DNA of 64,000 nt from a virus. Positions 24,172 through 32,856 of this stretch are shown one piece after another. Numbering within the stretch: the first letter of the stretch is position 1; each line of letters begins with the position of its first letter. The notes under the pieces are model-generated. The model had not been told where the DNA came from, did not search any database, and saw only the letters and a program-made list of their open reading frames with translations. The stretch lies in IMG/VR virus record IMGVR_UViG_3300027327_000001. One strand, written 5' to 3'. The position numbers were made by a program, and so were the translations under genes.

Positions 24172-26198
24172 ACGTAAATGCTCTCGCCGGCGACCGTTTC
24201 AGTAACCAGGACGGCGATGCCTTGTTCTCTGGCCATTTCCTGAATGGTCTCAATCGCGCTGTAGCGATGCGTGGACGACAGTATGTCGATGCCGTCGACA
24301 ACCACTGCCGGCGCGTGTCTCATGCATCCTACGGTCAATCTGAGCGCGGTCTTAGCCATCCACTGCTCGCTAGCGCAAGCGTCGGCCAGCAGGCTGCCTT
24401 TGACTGTCAGTGACGGCGAGTTGTTGATGCCGACCCCAGACCACGGCGCGATTTGGACAAGCCAGTTATTGACCTCGACGATTTTGTCCTTGAGCTTTTT
24501 CGCTCTCACGCCGTGCGCCGTCGTCGAGACGAGTCGACTCATAGCATCCCACATCACGACTCGCTCGTGAGCAGCCCACGCATTCTGCTTCGCTTTGACA
24601 ATCGTGTGCTGGCGCGTCGCCGAAGTTACGTCGTCGGATGCGCGATCGCGGACGACCTTCGCAGCCTCCAGATCGGCATCGTTCGGCAAGTCCGGCTCCT
24701 CGAATTCGATGCGCTCCAACTCCTCGATTTGGCCGTTGACGCGGGCGACCTTGCTTTCGTGCGCGCTTCTGCCCTCGGCCGCTTCGACCTGCTGGCGCTT
24801 CAATTTCCCCACCCTCACGCTCGCATCATGAACATCCGACTCAAGCTTGCGGTTTTCGGCGCGATGATCAAAATAAGCCTGATCAGCTATCTCGACTACG
24901 CCGCGCTGATTTGAAATCTCCTGAAGGATGCCGCCGAGATCGGGAAAATCAGGTGGCGAGTCGTCGGTTGCCCGCACTATCTCAAGACATTTTTTCTTGT
25001 GAATCTCCTGTAGATTCGCCAACAGCTGCTGTGTCGACCGGACCGCGGCTTGCCACAGACGATCACATGTCGGACAGCAATAATTGTCGTCGAGAGTGGG
25101 GTCGCAAATCAGCTTGTCTATTTGTTCCGAAATCTTGTCTTTTTCGCGCTCCAGCGCCTTGATCTTTCTTTCGTGCTCATCGACGAGCTTCTGGTGGTCT
25201 CTCTTGATCCTGACTTCAGAGTCGAGAATGTCCTGAAGCTTGGCCTTTTCGCGACTTTGAGTTGCTCGTTTCTCGGCGTAAAAATCCGAGTGCGCATTGC
25301 ATTGGCCGGTAATGGATTCGAGGTGTTCATTCGCCTGCTCCAATTCGTCATCGCCTGGAGCATCGGGGAATTGGACTCTGTTCAGAGCCGACTGCTGGTT
25401 CCGGAGATCGGTCATTCGGCGGTCGTGCGCCTGCTTGCGCTGGACATATTCGCTGTGCTCGTCAGCCATATTTCGCAGTGCGGCGAGCGCCGAGCTTGCA
25501 GACTCGAAATCCCGTTTCGCATCCGCAACGCGGCGTTCGCAAGTCGCGGGAGTGAGCGATTCATACTCGGCCATCCATCCCCGCGGCGCCCACGCGGTCG
25601 CCACGCTGGGCCCGTAGGTGGCGTGCTCACCTGTGGACGCGACCGCATTCTGCCAGTCGCGCTTTGCCTCGGCGCGCTTCTCCTGGACCTTGCCTTCGTA
25701 TACCTGCCATGAATGCGGTTCATCCTGAAGAATCTCGGTCGCCGCCTCTTCCGCCGCTTCGCGATTGGCCTTGCCCATGACCTTCACGATCTCGTCGGTC
25801 AAATACTCATGAGTAATCGGATCGGCGACAATGGCTTCGAGCCAGTCCTCTTTGCCGCGCTCGCTCGGATCAAGGACGGCCAGCAGCGGCGCCTTGGGGG
25901 GATTGTCGCCGCGGGTCGTGAATCCGCGAATTGGCTCCCATGTGATCTCCCAATCGCCGTCATCATCCTCGAGGCGGGCGAATGACTGCGCAGAGTCGGC
26001 GCCGCGTCGGACGTAGGCTCCGAGACGGTTGCCGCCGCGCTTCTGAGGATCTCGCGTTCTCGACAGGCACGCGGCGAGACAGGACGCGATCGTGCTTTTG
26101 CCGGCCTGATTGTCAGCCGCTACGACGGTAACGTATCCGGGACGGAATGTTTCCTCGTAATGCTCAATCGGGCCGATATTCGATATAGTTAGTTTCAT
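24168..26198 (-). CDS. SbcC/Rad50-like SMC-type ATPase
   Basis: The N-terminal Walker A is AADNQAGKST. A long coiled coil contains the CxxC hook-like CCPTCD. The C-terminal D-loop/Walker B-like motif is VVVDGIDIL. Confidence 0.7.
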   Translation of the reverse strand: MKLTISNIGPIEHYEETFRPGYVTVVAADNQAGKSTIASCLAACLSRTRDPQKRGGNRLGAYVRRGADSAQSFARLEDDDGDWEITWEPIRGFTTRGDNPPKAPLLAVLDPSERGKEDWLEAIVADPITHEYLTDEIVKVMGKANREAAEEAATEILQDEPHSWQVYEGKVQEKRAEAKRDWQNAVASTGEHATYGPSVATAWAPRGWMAEYESLTPATCERRVADAKRDFESASSALAALRNMADEHSEYVQRKQAHDRRMTDLRNQQSALNRVQFPDAPGDDELEQANEHLESITGQCNAHSDFYAEKRATQSREKAKLQDILDSEVRIKRDHQKLVDEHERKIKALEREKDKISEQIDKLICDPTLDDNYCCPTCDRLWQAAVRSTQQLLANLQEIHKKKCLEIVRATDDSPPDFPDLGGILQEISNQRGVVEIADQAYFDHRAENRKLESDVHDASVRVGKLKRQQVEAAEGRSAHESKVARVNGQIEELERIEFEEPDLPNDADLEAAKVVRDRASDDVTSATRQHTIVKAKQNAWAAHERVVMWDAMSRLVSTTAHGVRAKKLKDKIVEVNNWLVQIAPWSGVGINNSPSLTVKGSLLADACASEQWMAKTALRLTVGCMRHAPAVVVDGIDILSSTHRYSAIETIQEMAREQGIAVLVTETVAGESIYV

Positions 26199-27058
26199 TG
26201 GTTGCTCCTATTCAGTTTCTTCCAGGGCGAGCTTTCCTGCTGCGCGTCCGCCGGCGCGTCCTGGATTGGGTTGTTGTCCTCTGCCGGCTTCGGCGGGGAG
26301 TTTGTGAGCGGCGGCTTAGGTTCAGGCTCAACGGGCGCGGTTTCGATTGGCGCTTCCTGCTCCTGCACGATCTCCGCGTCTTCGACTTCAACGTCGGCGG
26401 CCTTCGCGCTCTCTGCCGGATGCACCTGCGTTTGCGTCTGAGCGTGCTGCTCGTATTCTTCAGCAGTCATTTCGCCGTCAATGGCCACGCCTTCGATAAC
26501 GTCTCCGAAAAGGCGCTTGCCGAGACGGCCTGTCGCTCTCGCGATCAACATGTCCTCGGTGTAGAGCATCCAAACCGAATCGTTGCCCTTGCTTGTTTGC
26601 TTGATCAGATGCTGGAATTCCTTTCGCGTTGCTTGAACAGTTCGCTCAAGTCCGTTGTCGGCGCGCTTGCCGTGGCCTTTGGCGGCGATAACGGTTCCAT
26701 TGTTGTCATGGACCGGGTAGACATCGAACAATGCGCATACCGGACTCGACAGGCAAAGCGCGCGAACGCCGGCAGCATTCAGTTTGATCAAGTAGCCGCC
26801 GCCCTTCGCCTGAATCACGTCCATGCATCGATAAGCCGCCATCGGCTTCATGCCCAGCTCCATGCCCGCTTGCATGATGCCGGCAACTTTCGCCACGTCC
26901 TTTTCGCTCGACGGATTCAAACCGACCATCGCGCAAGCGAATCTCGCCAGTCTCGATAGCTCGTCTAAAGACCGTGGCATGATCGGCTGAACGGCGCCGG
27001 CGCTCGCGAATACGGCAATGTCCGACGCTCGCTTTTGGGTTTTGTCTTCAGTCATCAT
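26195..27058 (-). CDS. recT: RecT-family single-strand annealing protein
   Basis: …GMELGMKPMAAYRCMDVIQAKGG…LNAAGVRAL… and …WMLYTEDMLIARATGRLGKRLFGDVIEG… fit the RecT pattern. It is adjacent to an exonuclease. Confidence 0.6.
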   Translation of the reverse strand: MMTEDKTQKRASDIAVFASAGAVQPIMPRSLDELSRLARFACAMVGLNPSSEKDVAKVAGIMQAGMELGMKPMAAYRCMDVIQAKGGGYLIKLNAAGVRALCLSSPVCALFDVYPVHDNNGTVIAAKGHGKRADNGLERTVQATRKEFQHLIKQTSKGNDSVWMLYTEDMLIARATGRLGKRLFGDVIEGVAIDGEMTAEEYEQHAQTQTQVHPAESAKAADVEVEDAEIVQEQEAPIETAPVEPEPKPPLTNSPPKPAEDNNPIQDAPADAQQESSPWKKLNRSNQ

Positions 27059-27791
27059 CGTTTCCTTTCTTGACGATTAGCGGGCAATCCTCGGTAGCGT
27101 ATATGCGGCAGCTGTCGCCGCAGAAGCGCGAGAAAGGATTGGCTCTGACGTTTTTGATCTCGCGGTCGTGCTTCAGATAGAATTCCCAGAATTCTATCGC
27201 TCGATAGGCGAGCAGCTTGCACGCCTGCAAACCGAATTCTACTGGCTCGCCGACGAAGATTTTGTCGGGATCCTTGCGCCGGCGAATTGGAATGATCCAC
27301 GGATTCTCGGTCGCTTCGGTGAGAATGGAATAGGCTCCGAGCGCGACCGCGTAGGAGATCTCGTTTGTCGTCCCGGTTTTCACGTCGATGACACGGCCGT
27401 CGCTCAGGCAATCGACGCGGCCCACGACGTTCACGCTTCGTATTTTCGACTCGACCGGAAGCTCGTAGGCTATTTCGCCTCCGAGCGACGATAGGAATTC
27501 GTGTCCCAGATCCGCTATCCTTGCGGCTTGCGCGATCGCGGGAATTGCTGAAGGCGTTGTCCTGTCGTATCGAACCAGTTGACTCGCTATTTCCTCGCTC
27601 ATCCACGAAAGATTCTTGGATGAACGGCCGCGCGACAGATTTTCGATTTGATCATGCGCCAAGGTTCCGACCAGCGCCGCGGCGCTTACCGGCGAAGACT
27701 CTCCCGGATTGTAGTAAGCGTCGAGAGTCTGGCGTTCGCAGTCGAGAATACGACCGAATGAACTGCAATGTTGGGATTGGCCCTGCTTCAT
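27048..27791 (-). CDS. Cas4/RecB-family PD-(D/E)xK exonuclease with a four-Cys cluster
   Basis: The pattern is an N-terminal Cys (LDCERQ), GTLAHD, VGRVDCL…VIDVKTG, …YAVALGAY…, then the C-terminal CGDSCRIYATEDC. Confidence 0.7.
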   Translation of the reverse strand: MKQGQSQHCSSFGRILDCERQTLDAYYNPGESSPVSAAALVGTLAHDQIENLSRGRSSKNLSWMSEEIASQLVRYDRTTPSAIPAIAQAARIADLGHEFLSSLGGEIAYELPVESKIRSVNVVGRVDCLSDGRVIDVKTGTTNEISYAVALGAYSILTEATENPWIIPIRRRKDPDKIFVGEPVEFGLQACKLLAYRAIEFWEFYLKHDREIKNVRANPFSRFCGDSCRIYATEDCPLIVKKGNDDD

Positions 27792-27814
27792 AATTGCTCC
27801 AACTGGTCGCTCTT

Positions 27815-27842
27815 AAGATAGTCCGCCGATTGCCAATGTCAA
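27815..27842 (-). promoter_or_regulatory. candidate sigma70-like promoter of the recombination/replication operon
   Basis: On the minus strand: TTGACA (27842-27837), 16 nt, then TATCTT (27820-27815), about 25 nt upstream of the ATG at 27791. Confidence 0.45.
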
Positions 27843-27960
27843 GCAACGCACCGCAATTCTTTATTTCGGACTGCCGGCGCAATATGTCGAAGCCGAGCGC
27901 GAAAATGCGCACAATATAGATCTTTTTTTCTCTATACGGGCTAAATTCCGCTAAAAGCAC

Positions 27961-28073
27961 TTGCAACAAGCGAAAAATTTATTATTTTTTAGTTACCTTC
28001 GATTGCTGACTGGTCATTGGCGCGAAGTCTCCCCTGGCCGGCGTAGCCACCTACGCCGGCCAGATTATTTTTG
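27961..28073 (+). ncRNA. candidate small RNA (promoter-like element plus strong intrinsic terminator, no ORF)
   Basis: TTGCAA (27961-27966), 16 nt, then TATTTT (27983-27988). A perfect 13-bp hairpin follows: ctggccggcgtag-ccac-ctacgccggccag at 28034-28063, followed by attattttt. Confidence 0.3.
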
Positions 28074-28081
28074 CGCGCAGG

Positions 28082-28110
28082 TTGACTCTCCGATACAGTA
28101 ACACCATATT
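28082..28110 (+). promoter_or_regulatory. candidate sigma70-like promoter of the plus-strand modification operon
   Basis: TTGACT (28082-28087), 17 nt, then CATATT (28105-28110). AGGAGA and the ATG at 28132 follow. Confidence 0.45.
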
Positions 28111-28131
28111 GTGTTCGACCAGGAGACGCTA

Positions 28132-28344
28132 ATGACCAAGGCCAAGACCGCCAAGCGGCAATTTCGCAACCAGATTCGAATACTCTACAGCCTGGATTTT
28201 TACGATCTAGACGGTGTGGGCCTCGAATTCTGGAGAGCTTTTCGCGACAATCCCGCAAAGACTCTTCTCACTTGCAGCGACAAGAACGCCGACATCGTTT
28301 GGCGCGCCGTAGAAAAAAGGATGAACTATGTCCCGAAAGACTGA
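28132..28344 (+). CDS. hypothetical small protein
   Basis: ATG at 28132 (MTKAKTAKRQ...) follows an AGGAGA SD. 70 aa. Confidence 0.55.
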   Translation: MTKAKTAKRQFRNQIRILYSLDFYDLDGVGLEFWRAFRDNPAKTLLTCSDKNADIVWRAVEKRMNYVPKD

Positions 28345-28981
28345 CTCAACAGCAGTGATGCAGAGGAGAGTTGAACCGAAGGACTCGCTCGACGACTTCC
28401 CGTCGCCGCCGTGGGCGACGCGGGCATTGATGGAACACGTTATTTTCAAGGACGAATTTCTGTCCAAGATACCGCGGAGAAGCGTTCTCGAACCGACCTG
28501 CGGCCGCGGCCACATGGCAAGCACGCTAGAAGAATATTTCGGTGAAGTTGTCGCTTCGGACGTTCACGACTACGGCTATTCGAAAATGAACTTTTGCACT
28601 GATTTCCGAAAGCTCAGGTGGCCAGGCGCTGACTGGATTGTAATGAATCCGCCTTTCCGACTGGCCGAGGAATTCGTTCATCACGCGCTTTTCCACGCGA
28701 TGGAGGGAGTGGCCGTCTTCGAGCGGTTGTCTTTCCTCGAGGGACAGGGGCGATACAATCATATATTTCGAGAGATTCCGCCGACGACGGTAGCCGTATT
28801 TTCGCAGCGCGTCGCGCTCGTGTCGGGAAGAATTGACAAGAAAGCTCAATCGGCCACGAGCTACGCGTGGTTTGTTTGGGGGGAGCAAAGCGGTATCGTT
28901 CGCCCACAGACAAATGTGGTTTGGATACCACCCTGTCGAAAAGAACTTGAAAAAGACGGCGATTACGCCGTAAAGTTTTAA
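28328..28981 (+). CDS. SAM-dependent DNA methyltransferase (N6-adenine type, NPPF motif)
   Basis: DDFPSPPWATRAL, motif I-like LEPTCGRGHM and motif IV IVMNPPF are present. Confidence 0.7.
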   Translation: MSRKTDSTAVMQRRVEPKDSLDDFPSPPWATRALMEHVIFKDEFLSKIPRRSVLEPTCGRGHMASTLEEYFGEVVASDVHDYGYSKMNFCTDFRKLRWPGADWIVMNPPFRLAEEFVHHALFHAMEGVAVFERLSFLEGQGRYNHIFREIPPTTVAVFSQRVALVSGRIDKKAQSATSYAWFVWGEQSGIVRPQTNVVWIPPCRKELEKDGDYAVKF

Positions 28982-29142
28982 CGCGGTAGCTAGTATTCCT
29001 ATGAAGTCCTCGCGAGTGGCGGCTCAGGCCGCGCATCACTAACGCCGAATCCGCAGCTTTTCATTATTCGGCGCGCTGTGCAAACCCGACTAGCGTAATG
29101 ACAAGCGGGAAATGCGCGGAAACTCGCAACAAAGGAAGGCAA

Positions 29143-29379
29143 ATGGACAAGGCGACAAAGAGAAGGACGCGGATACGCCAGCAGACCGCGGCTCGAATGC
29201 GACGGATGAGGGCGCAGCGAATAGCCCAGGGCCTGTGCCGAGTCTGCGGCGGCCCGATGGAGAAATTGGAGAAGACCGGCAAGAAAGGCAGGCCGGCGGC
29301 AAGCACATGCAAGTCCTGCCGCGACGAGCGAGTCCAGAAGATCAAAGCCAAGAAAGAGACCGCGAATGACGAAAGTTAG
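29143..29379 (+). CDS. small basic zinc-ribbon-like protein
   Basis: ATG at 29143 follows AAGGAAGG. MDKATKRRTRIRQQ…CRVCGGP…CKSCRDE contains two CxxC pairs. Confidence 0.5.
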   Translation: MDKATKRRTRIRQQTAARMRRMRAQRIAQGLCRVCGGPMEKLEKTGKKGRPAASTCKSCRDERVQKIKAKKETANDES

Positions 29380-29626
29380 CATTGAGGAAAAACTTGCGAG
29401 GTTGATGATCACGAAAGAATCTTTCGACAAATTCGTAAAGCAAAAGCTTCTCGAATGGGAAAAGAAAACCCAATACGCACCGGTTCCTTACAAGCCCTGG
29501 CTAGCTGCGATGAGGAAAGCCGAAGGAAAAATTAAGAGACACCATGACCAAGCGAGAAAGACTCCGACTGAAAGAAAGCATGCAAGAAATTTGCAGGCAA
29601 CTAGACGTTATGAGAGTCGAAGCTAA
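29366..29626 (+). CDS. hypothetical protein (3' end uncertain)
   Basis: ORF track, 86 aa. The last ~28 codons overlap the alternative small ORF 29544..29717. Confidence 0.4.
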   Translation: MTKVSIEEKLARLMITKESFDKFVKQKLLEWEKKTQYAPVPYKPWLAAMRKAEGKIKRHHDQARKTPTERKHARNLQATRRYESRS

Positions 29627-29717
29627 GACAACCGAATTGCGTTTTAGAGACCTAAACGCGACAGTCGTTCAGCTTGGCCACAAAATTGACGACGTTACAT
29701 CGGATGACGACGAATGA
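29544..29717 (+). CDS. hypothetical small coiled-coil protein (57 aa, below the ORF-track cutoff)
   Basis: Hand translation: MTKRERLRLKESMQEICRQLDVMRVEAKTTELRFRDLNATVVQLGHKIDDVTSDDDE. Its TGA overlaps the ATG of the MTase (ATGA). Confidence 0.35.
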   Translation: MTKRERLRLKESMQEICRQLDVMRVEAKTTELRFRDLNATVVQLGHKIDDVTSDDDE

Positions 29718-32209
29718 CGACGCGAATACTCGTCGGAGACTGCCGAGACGCTCTGAAGATTCTTCCGGATCAGTCCGTCCACTGCGTCGTAACCAGCCCG
29801 CCGTATTGGGGCCTGCGCTCCTACGGAAAGGACCGCGGCATGATCGGACTGGAAGAAAGTTTTTCCGATCACCTAGCCAATTTGATTGAAGCCTTCAGAG
29901 AAGTCCGCCGCGTTCTTCGAGACGATGGGACGCTCTGGCTCAACTATGGCGACGCTTACGCCGGCAGCGGCAAAGGTGGTGGCGGTTGGTCTCCGAAGCA
30001 AGCGAGCAATCAAGGCTCTTTCGACGACGCGATCAAGAACAACCAGGGCTATCGCAAGGACGGATTCGGCCCACAGCAGCTTATGATGATGCCGGCGAGA
30101 ATAGCGCTCGCCATGCAGGAAGACGGTTGGCAGCTTAGGTCCGAGATCATTTGGTGCCTTTCCGGTGGAACGTGGCTATACGCCAGAACGCAGAAAGGCG
30201 ACGGCATACACATGCTGCGTGATTTGGCACGTCTGGATCCGTCAACTGTCAAGCTTTGGAACGGCCAGAAGTGGACGCAAGTCCTAGGATGGTCGCAATC
30301 CGAGACGCGAGACGACCCGCTTGAATTGGTTTTAAGATCGGGCGAACGCATAGGATGCACGAAGACGCACAAGTGGCCGACGCAGAGAGGTCTTTTGGAA
30401 GCATCGGAACTGCGTGTCGGAGACTGTCTACAGTCGGCCACGCTACCAGAGAAGCGAGGGGCGGCTAGACCGGAATGGATAACGGATTTGGCGCTTTGGT
30501 TCGCCGGATTGTATCTCGCCGAAGGCAACATTTACGAAAAAACGATTTCGATTGCCGGCCACGTCAACAATGTAAGCCGATGGAATAGAATCAAGGTTCT
30601 GTGCGATCACTACGGCGCGTTGCCAAAACTCTACATCGACGGCAACCGTCAATCTATTGTCATCAAAGGCGCGGCTGCTCTGCTGGCGGTTCTAAGCGTG
30701 ACAATCTCCGGCTCCGTAGCCAATGACAAGCATCTTCATTACGGTATCTGGAACTGGGACAACGCTTCGATACAGAAGATTATGCGCGGATACCTTGAAG
30801 GTGACGGGCATTGGGACGGAGGGAGATACCGTCTTGGATTCACAAGGAACTACGAACTTGAAAGAGATTTTCGCTGCGCAGCGGCAAGACTCAATGCGAC
30901 TCTGACGCTGAAGCCTAGCGTAGCTAACATCGGAGAAAAGGAATATCCTTCTTTCAGAGGTGAGTGGCGATGGACAAGAACAGGACACCGGAACGAAAAA
31001 GATAGGAATGAAATTGTTGAGATAAGAAAATCTCGCGCGAGGAAATTCTACGATGTGGGCGTAGAGGACTCTCCGAACCTGTTCTGCCTAGCGAGCGGCG
31101 TTCTCACTCATAATTCCAAGGTCGCTCCAATGCCTGAAAGCGTAACGAACAGGCCGACATCGGCGCACGAGAAAGTATTCCTGTTCTCGAAAAGCAACTC
31201 GACAAAATTCTGGACGCACCCGAAATTGGGGGGAACCAGGCAGCGACCGGAGCATGATCATTATTGGGTTAACAAGCTCACCGATGAAATATCGCACGTG
31301 GAACCGGAAGGCTGGAAGGATATTAGAGACGACCGCGGGCACAAAATTTGGTCGCGGCGCAACGGATGGGTTGGACACAACTATTTCTACGATCACATCG
31401 CCGTCCGGACGGAAATGAAAGAATCATCGCGGCAAAGGATGGATCAGGCCACTTTCGACGAGCAGACCGGGGGGCCGAAGGATCCAAAGTCCGGCAACAG
31501 GTCGCATCGACTTGTTCTGGAAAACCTGAAAAAGAGAACGCCGAAGGACATTGACGGGCGTTCTGCGAGGATGGGTCGTGAAGTAGGATGGCGGAAAAAT
31601 GACAAGCAACGCGGGCACTCGCGCCGGCACGACGGCTTTAATGATCGATGGGATTCAATGACAAAAAGCGAGCAGCAGTCGAACGGCGCCAACATGCGTA
31701 ACGTAATGTCGGTCACGCCGGCCGGCTTCTCCGGAGCGCACTTCGCCACCTTCCCGCCAGCGCTCGTCATACCGTTCGTATCGGCAGGCACCAGCGAAGC
31801 CGGTTGCTGCTCGGAGTGCGGCGCGCCTCTTGCTCGAGTCGCTGAAAGCGCTCTCGTTCCCACGGCCAAGGCTGCCCGAACCAACGTCGTAGACGGCAGG
31901 GACGACGCAGCGGACGACAATTGCGGAGCATCCAATCGCCAGAAGGACGGTTGGATTCCAGGATGGTCCAAGCAATTCAGGACCAAAGGCTGGGCGCCGA
32001 CCTGCGACTGCGAAGATGCGCGCGTGGTTCCGTGCGTCGTGATGGATCCTTTCGGCGGCGCGGGAACGCTCGGACTGGTGGCCGACAAGCTGCAGCGCGA
32101 TGCGATTCTCATAGAAATAAATGAAGGCTACGCGGCAATGGCTCGCGACCGCATCCTCGGCGACGCGCCGCTCATGGCCGACGTCGATTTGATAGACGCA
32201 AAGGAGTAG
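29714..32209 (+). CDS. N4/N6 DNA methyltransferase (PF01555-like, SPPY first) interrupted by an intein
   Basis: Motif IV is VVTSPPYWGLRSY. The conserved EIIW|…|SKVAPMPESV…HEKVFLFSK box is split by the intein. HFATFPPAL follows, and motif I is VMDPFGGAGTLG. Confidence 0.85.
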   Translation: MTTRILVGDCRDALKILPDQSVHCVVTSPPYWGLRSYGKDRGMIGLEESFSDHLANLIEAFREVRRVLRDDGTLWLNYGDAYAGSGKGGGGWSPKQASNQGSFDDAIKNNQGYRKDGFGPQQLMMMPARIALAMQEDGWQLRSEIIWCLSGGTWLYARTQKGDGIHMLRDLARLDPSTVKLWNGQKWTQVLGWSQSETRDDPLELVLRSGERIGCTKTHKWPTQRGLLEASELRVGDCLQSATLPEKRGAARPEWITDLALWFAGLYLAEGNIYEKTISIAGHVNNVSRWNRIKVLCDHYGALPKLYIDGNRQSIVIKGAAALLAVLSVTISGSVANDKHLHYGIWNWDNASIQKIMRGYLEGDGHWDGGRYRLGFTRNYELERDFRCAAARLNATLTLKPSVANIGEKEYPSFRGEWRWTRTGHRNEKDRNEIVEIRKSRARKFYDVGVEDSPNLFCLASGVLTHNSKVAPMPESVTNRPTSAHEKVFLFSKSNSTKFWTHPKLGGTRQRPEHDHYWVNKLTDEISHVEPEGWKDIRDDRGHKIWSRRNGWVGHNYFYDHIAVRTEMKESSRQRMDQATFDEQTGGPKDPKSGNRSHRLVLENLKKRTPKDIDGRSARMGREVGWRKNDKQRGHSRRHDGFNDRWDSMTKSEQQSNGANMRNVMSVTPAGFSGAHFATFPPALVIPFVSAGTSEAGCCSECGAPLARVAESALVPTAKAARTNVVDGRDDAADDNCGASNRQKDGWIPGWSKQFRTKGWAPTCDCEDARVVPCVVMDPFGGAGTLGLVADKLQRDAILIEINEGYAAMARDRILGDAPLMADVDLIDAKE
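30155..31114 (+). mobile_element. intein (320 aa) with a LAGLIDADG homing-endonuclease domain
   Basis: It begins with Cys (CLSGGTWLY, block A). Block B is GCTKTHKW. The LAGLIDADG motifs are FAGLYLAEGN and MRGYLEGDGHW. It ends with FYDVGVEDSPNLFCLASGVLTHN followed by the +1 Ser. Confidence 0.85.
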
Positions 32210-32212
32210 GCA

Positions 32213-32395
32213 ATGAAAAACTACATTGAGACTCACATGTATGAACTAGCGATTACCCTGTGCGCCGGGGGAGTGCTAAGCTTCATTGTCTTGGGTTACC
32301 TCAATGGAGGTATCCTTGGCGCGCTGTTGATGTTTGGAATGTTCAGCTTGTTCTTCGGCCTGGTAGCGGCCATTAACTCTGGGAAAGGAGACTGA
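32213..32395 (+). CDS. small membrane protein (two TM)
   Basis: 60 aa. Hydrophobic stretches are LAITLCAGGVLSFIVLGYL and ILGALLMFGMFSLFFGLVAAI. Confidence 0.55.
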   Translation: MKNYIETHMYELAITLCAGGVLSFIVLGYLNGGILGALLMFGMFSLFFGLVAAINSGKGD

Positions 32396-32396
32396 C

Positions 32397-32828
32397 ATGG
32401 GCGATTTGAATCAGATGGTTTGGTATGTGTTGACTTGGGTCATCGGCATATGGTTGTTTTTGGTCTGGTGTGTCATTCCCGCTAGTAAAACGAAAATGGC
32501 ATTGGTTTTCGCTATTTTATTCTGGGTCTTGGCCGGCTCGTTCATTTGGGGCCAGGCCCACGCCAGCACGCTTGATTGCACGGAGAATCTTGGGCATCTG
32601 ACTTACGCCTACAGCAAGGTTCTAGACTGGTATGAGAGCATCGTGGCCACGCACCGAAGCATAATCGAGATTCTCGTCGACAATCACGAAACGCTCACGC
32701 CTGAGAATCTCGACAAATTCCGAGTCTATCTCGCCATCGACAGCACCGCCGAACGTGAAGTCGAAGCGTTGCAGTTCCTGCAAATGCAGTTGTTCATCGA
32801 GTGCGGACTCACCGTAGAAGGCTGGTAA
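32397..32828 (+). CDS. membrane protein (two N-terminal TM segments)
   Basis: 143 aa, with WYVLTWVIGIWLFLVWCVI and MALVFAILFWVLAGSFIW. Confidence 0.55.
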   Translation: MGDLNQMVWYVLTWVIGIWLFLVWCVIPASKTKMALVFAILFWVLAGSFIWGQAHASTLDCTENLGHLTYAYSKVLDWYESIVATHRSIIEILVDNHETLTPENLDKFRVYLAIDSTAEREVEALQFLQMQLFIECGLTVEGW

Positions 32829-32856
32829 TGACACTTCACATGATCGTGATCGTGTG

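Noticed and set aside
26198-26959. A 253-aa plus-strand ORF lies antisense to recT. Similar long antisense ORFs occur in the SbcC-like gene (25050-25712), the tail fibre (43155-43856), the endolysin (38045-38699) and the MTase (31444-32112, 31655-32236).
   Set aside because: These are shadow ORFs on the opposite strand of genes with clear motifs. Their composition is Arg/Leu/Ser-rich and typical of antisense frames in GC-rich coding DNA.
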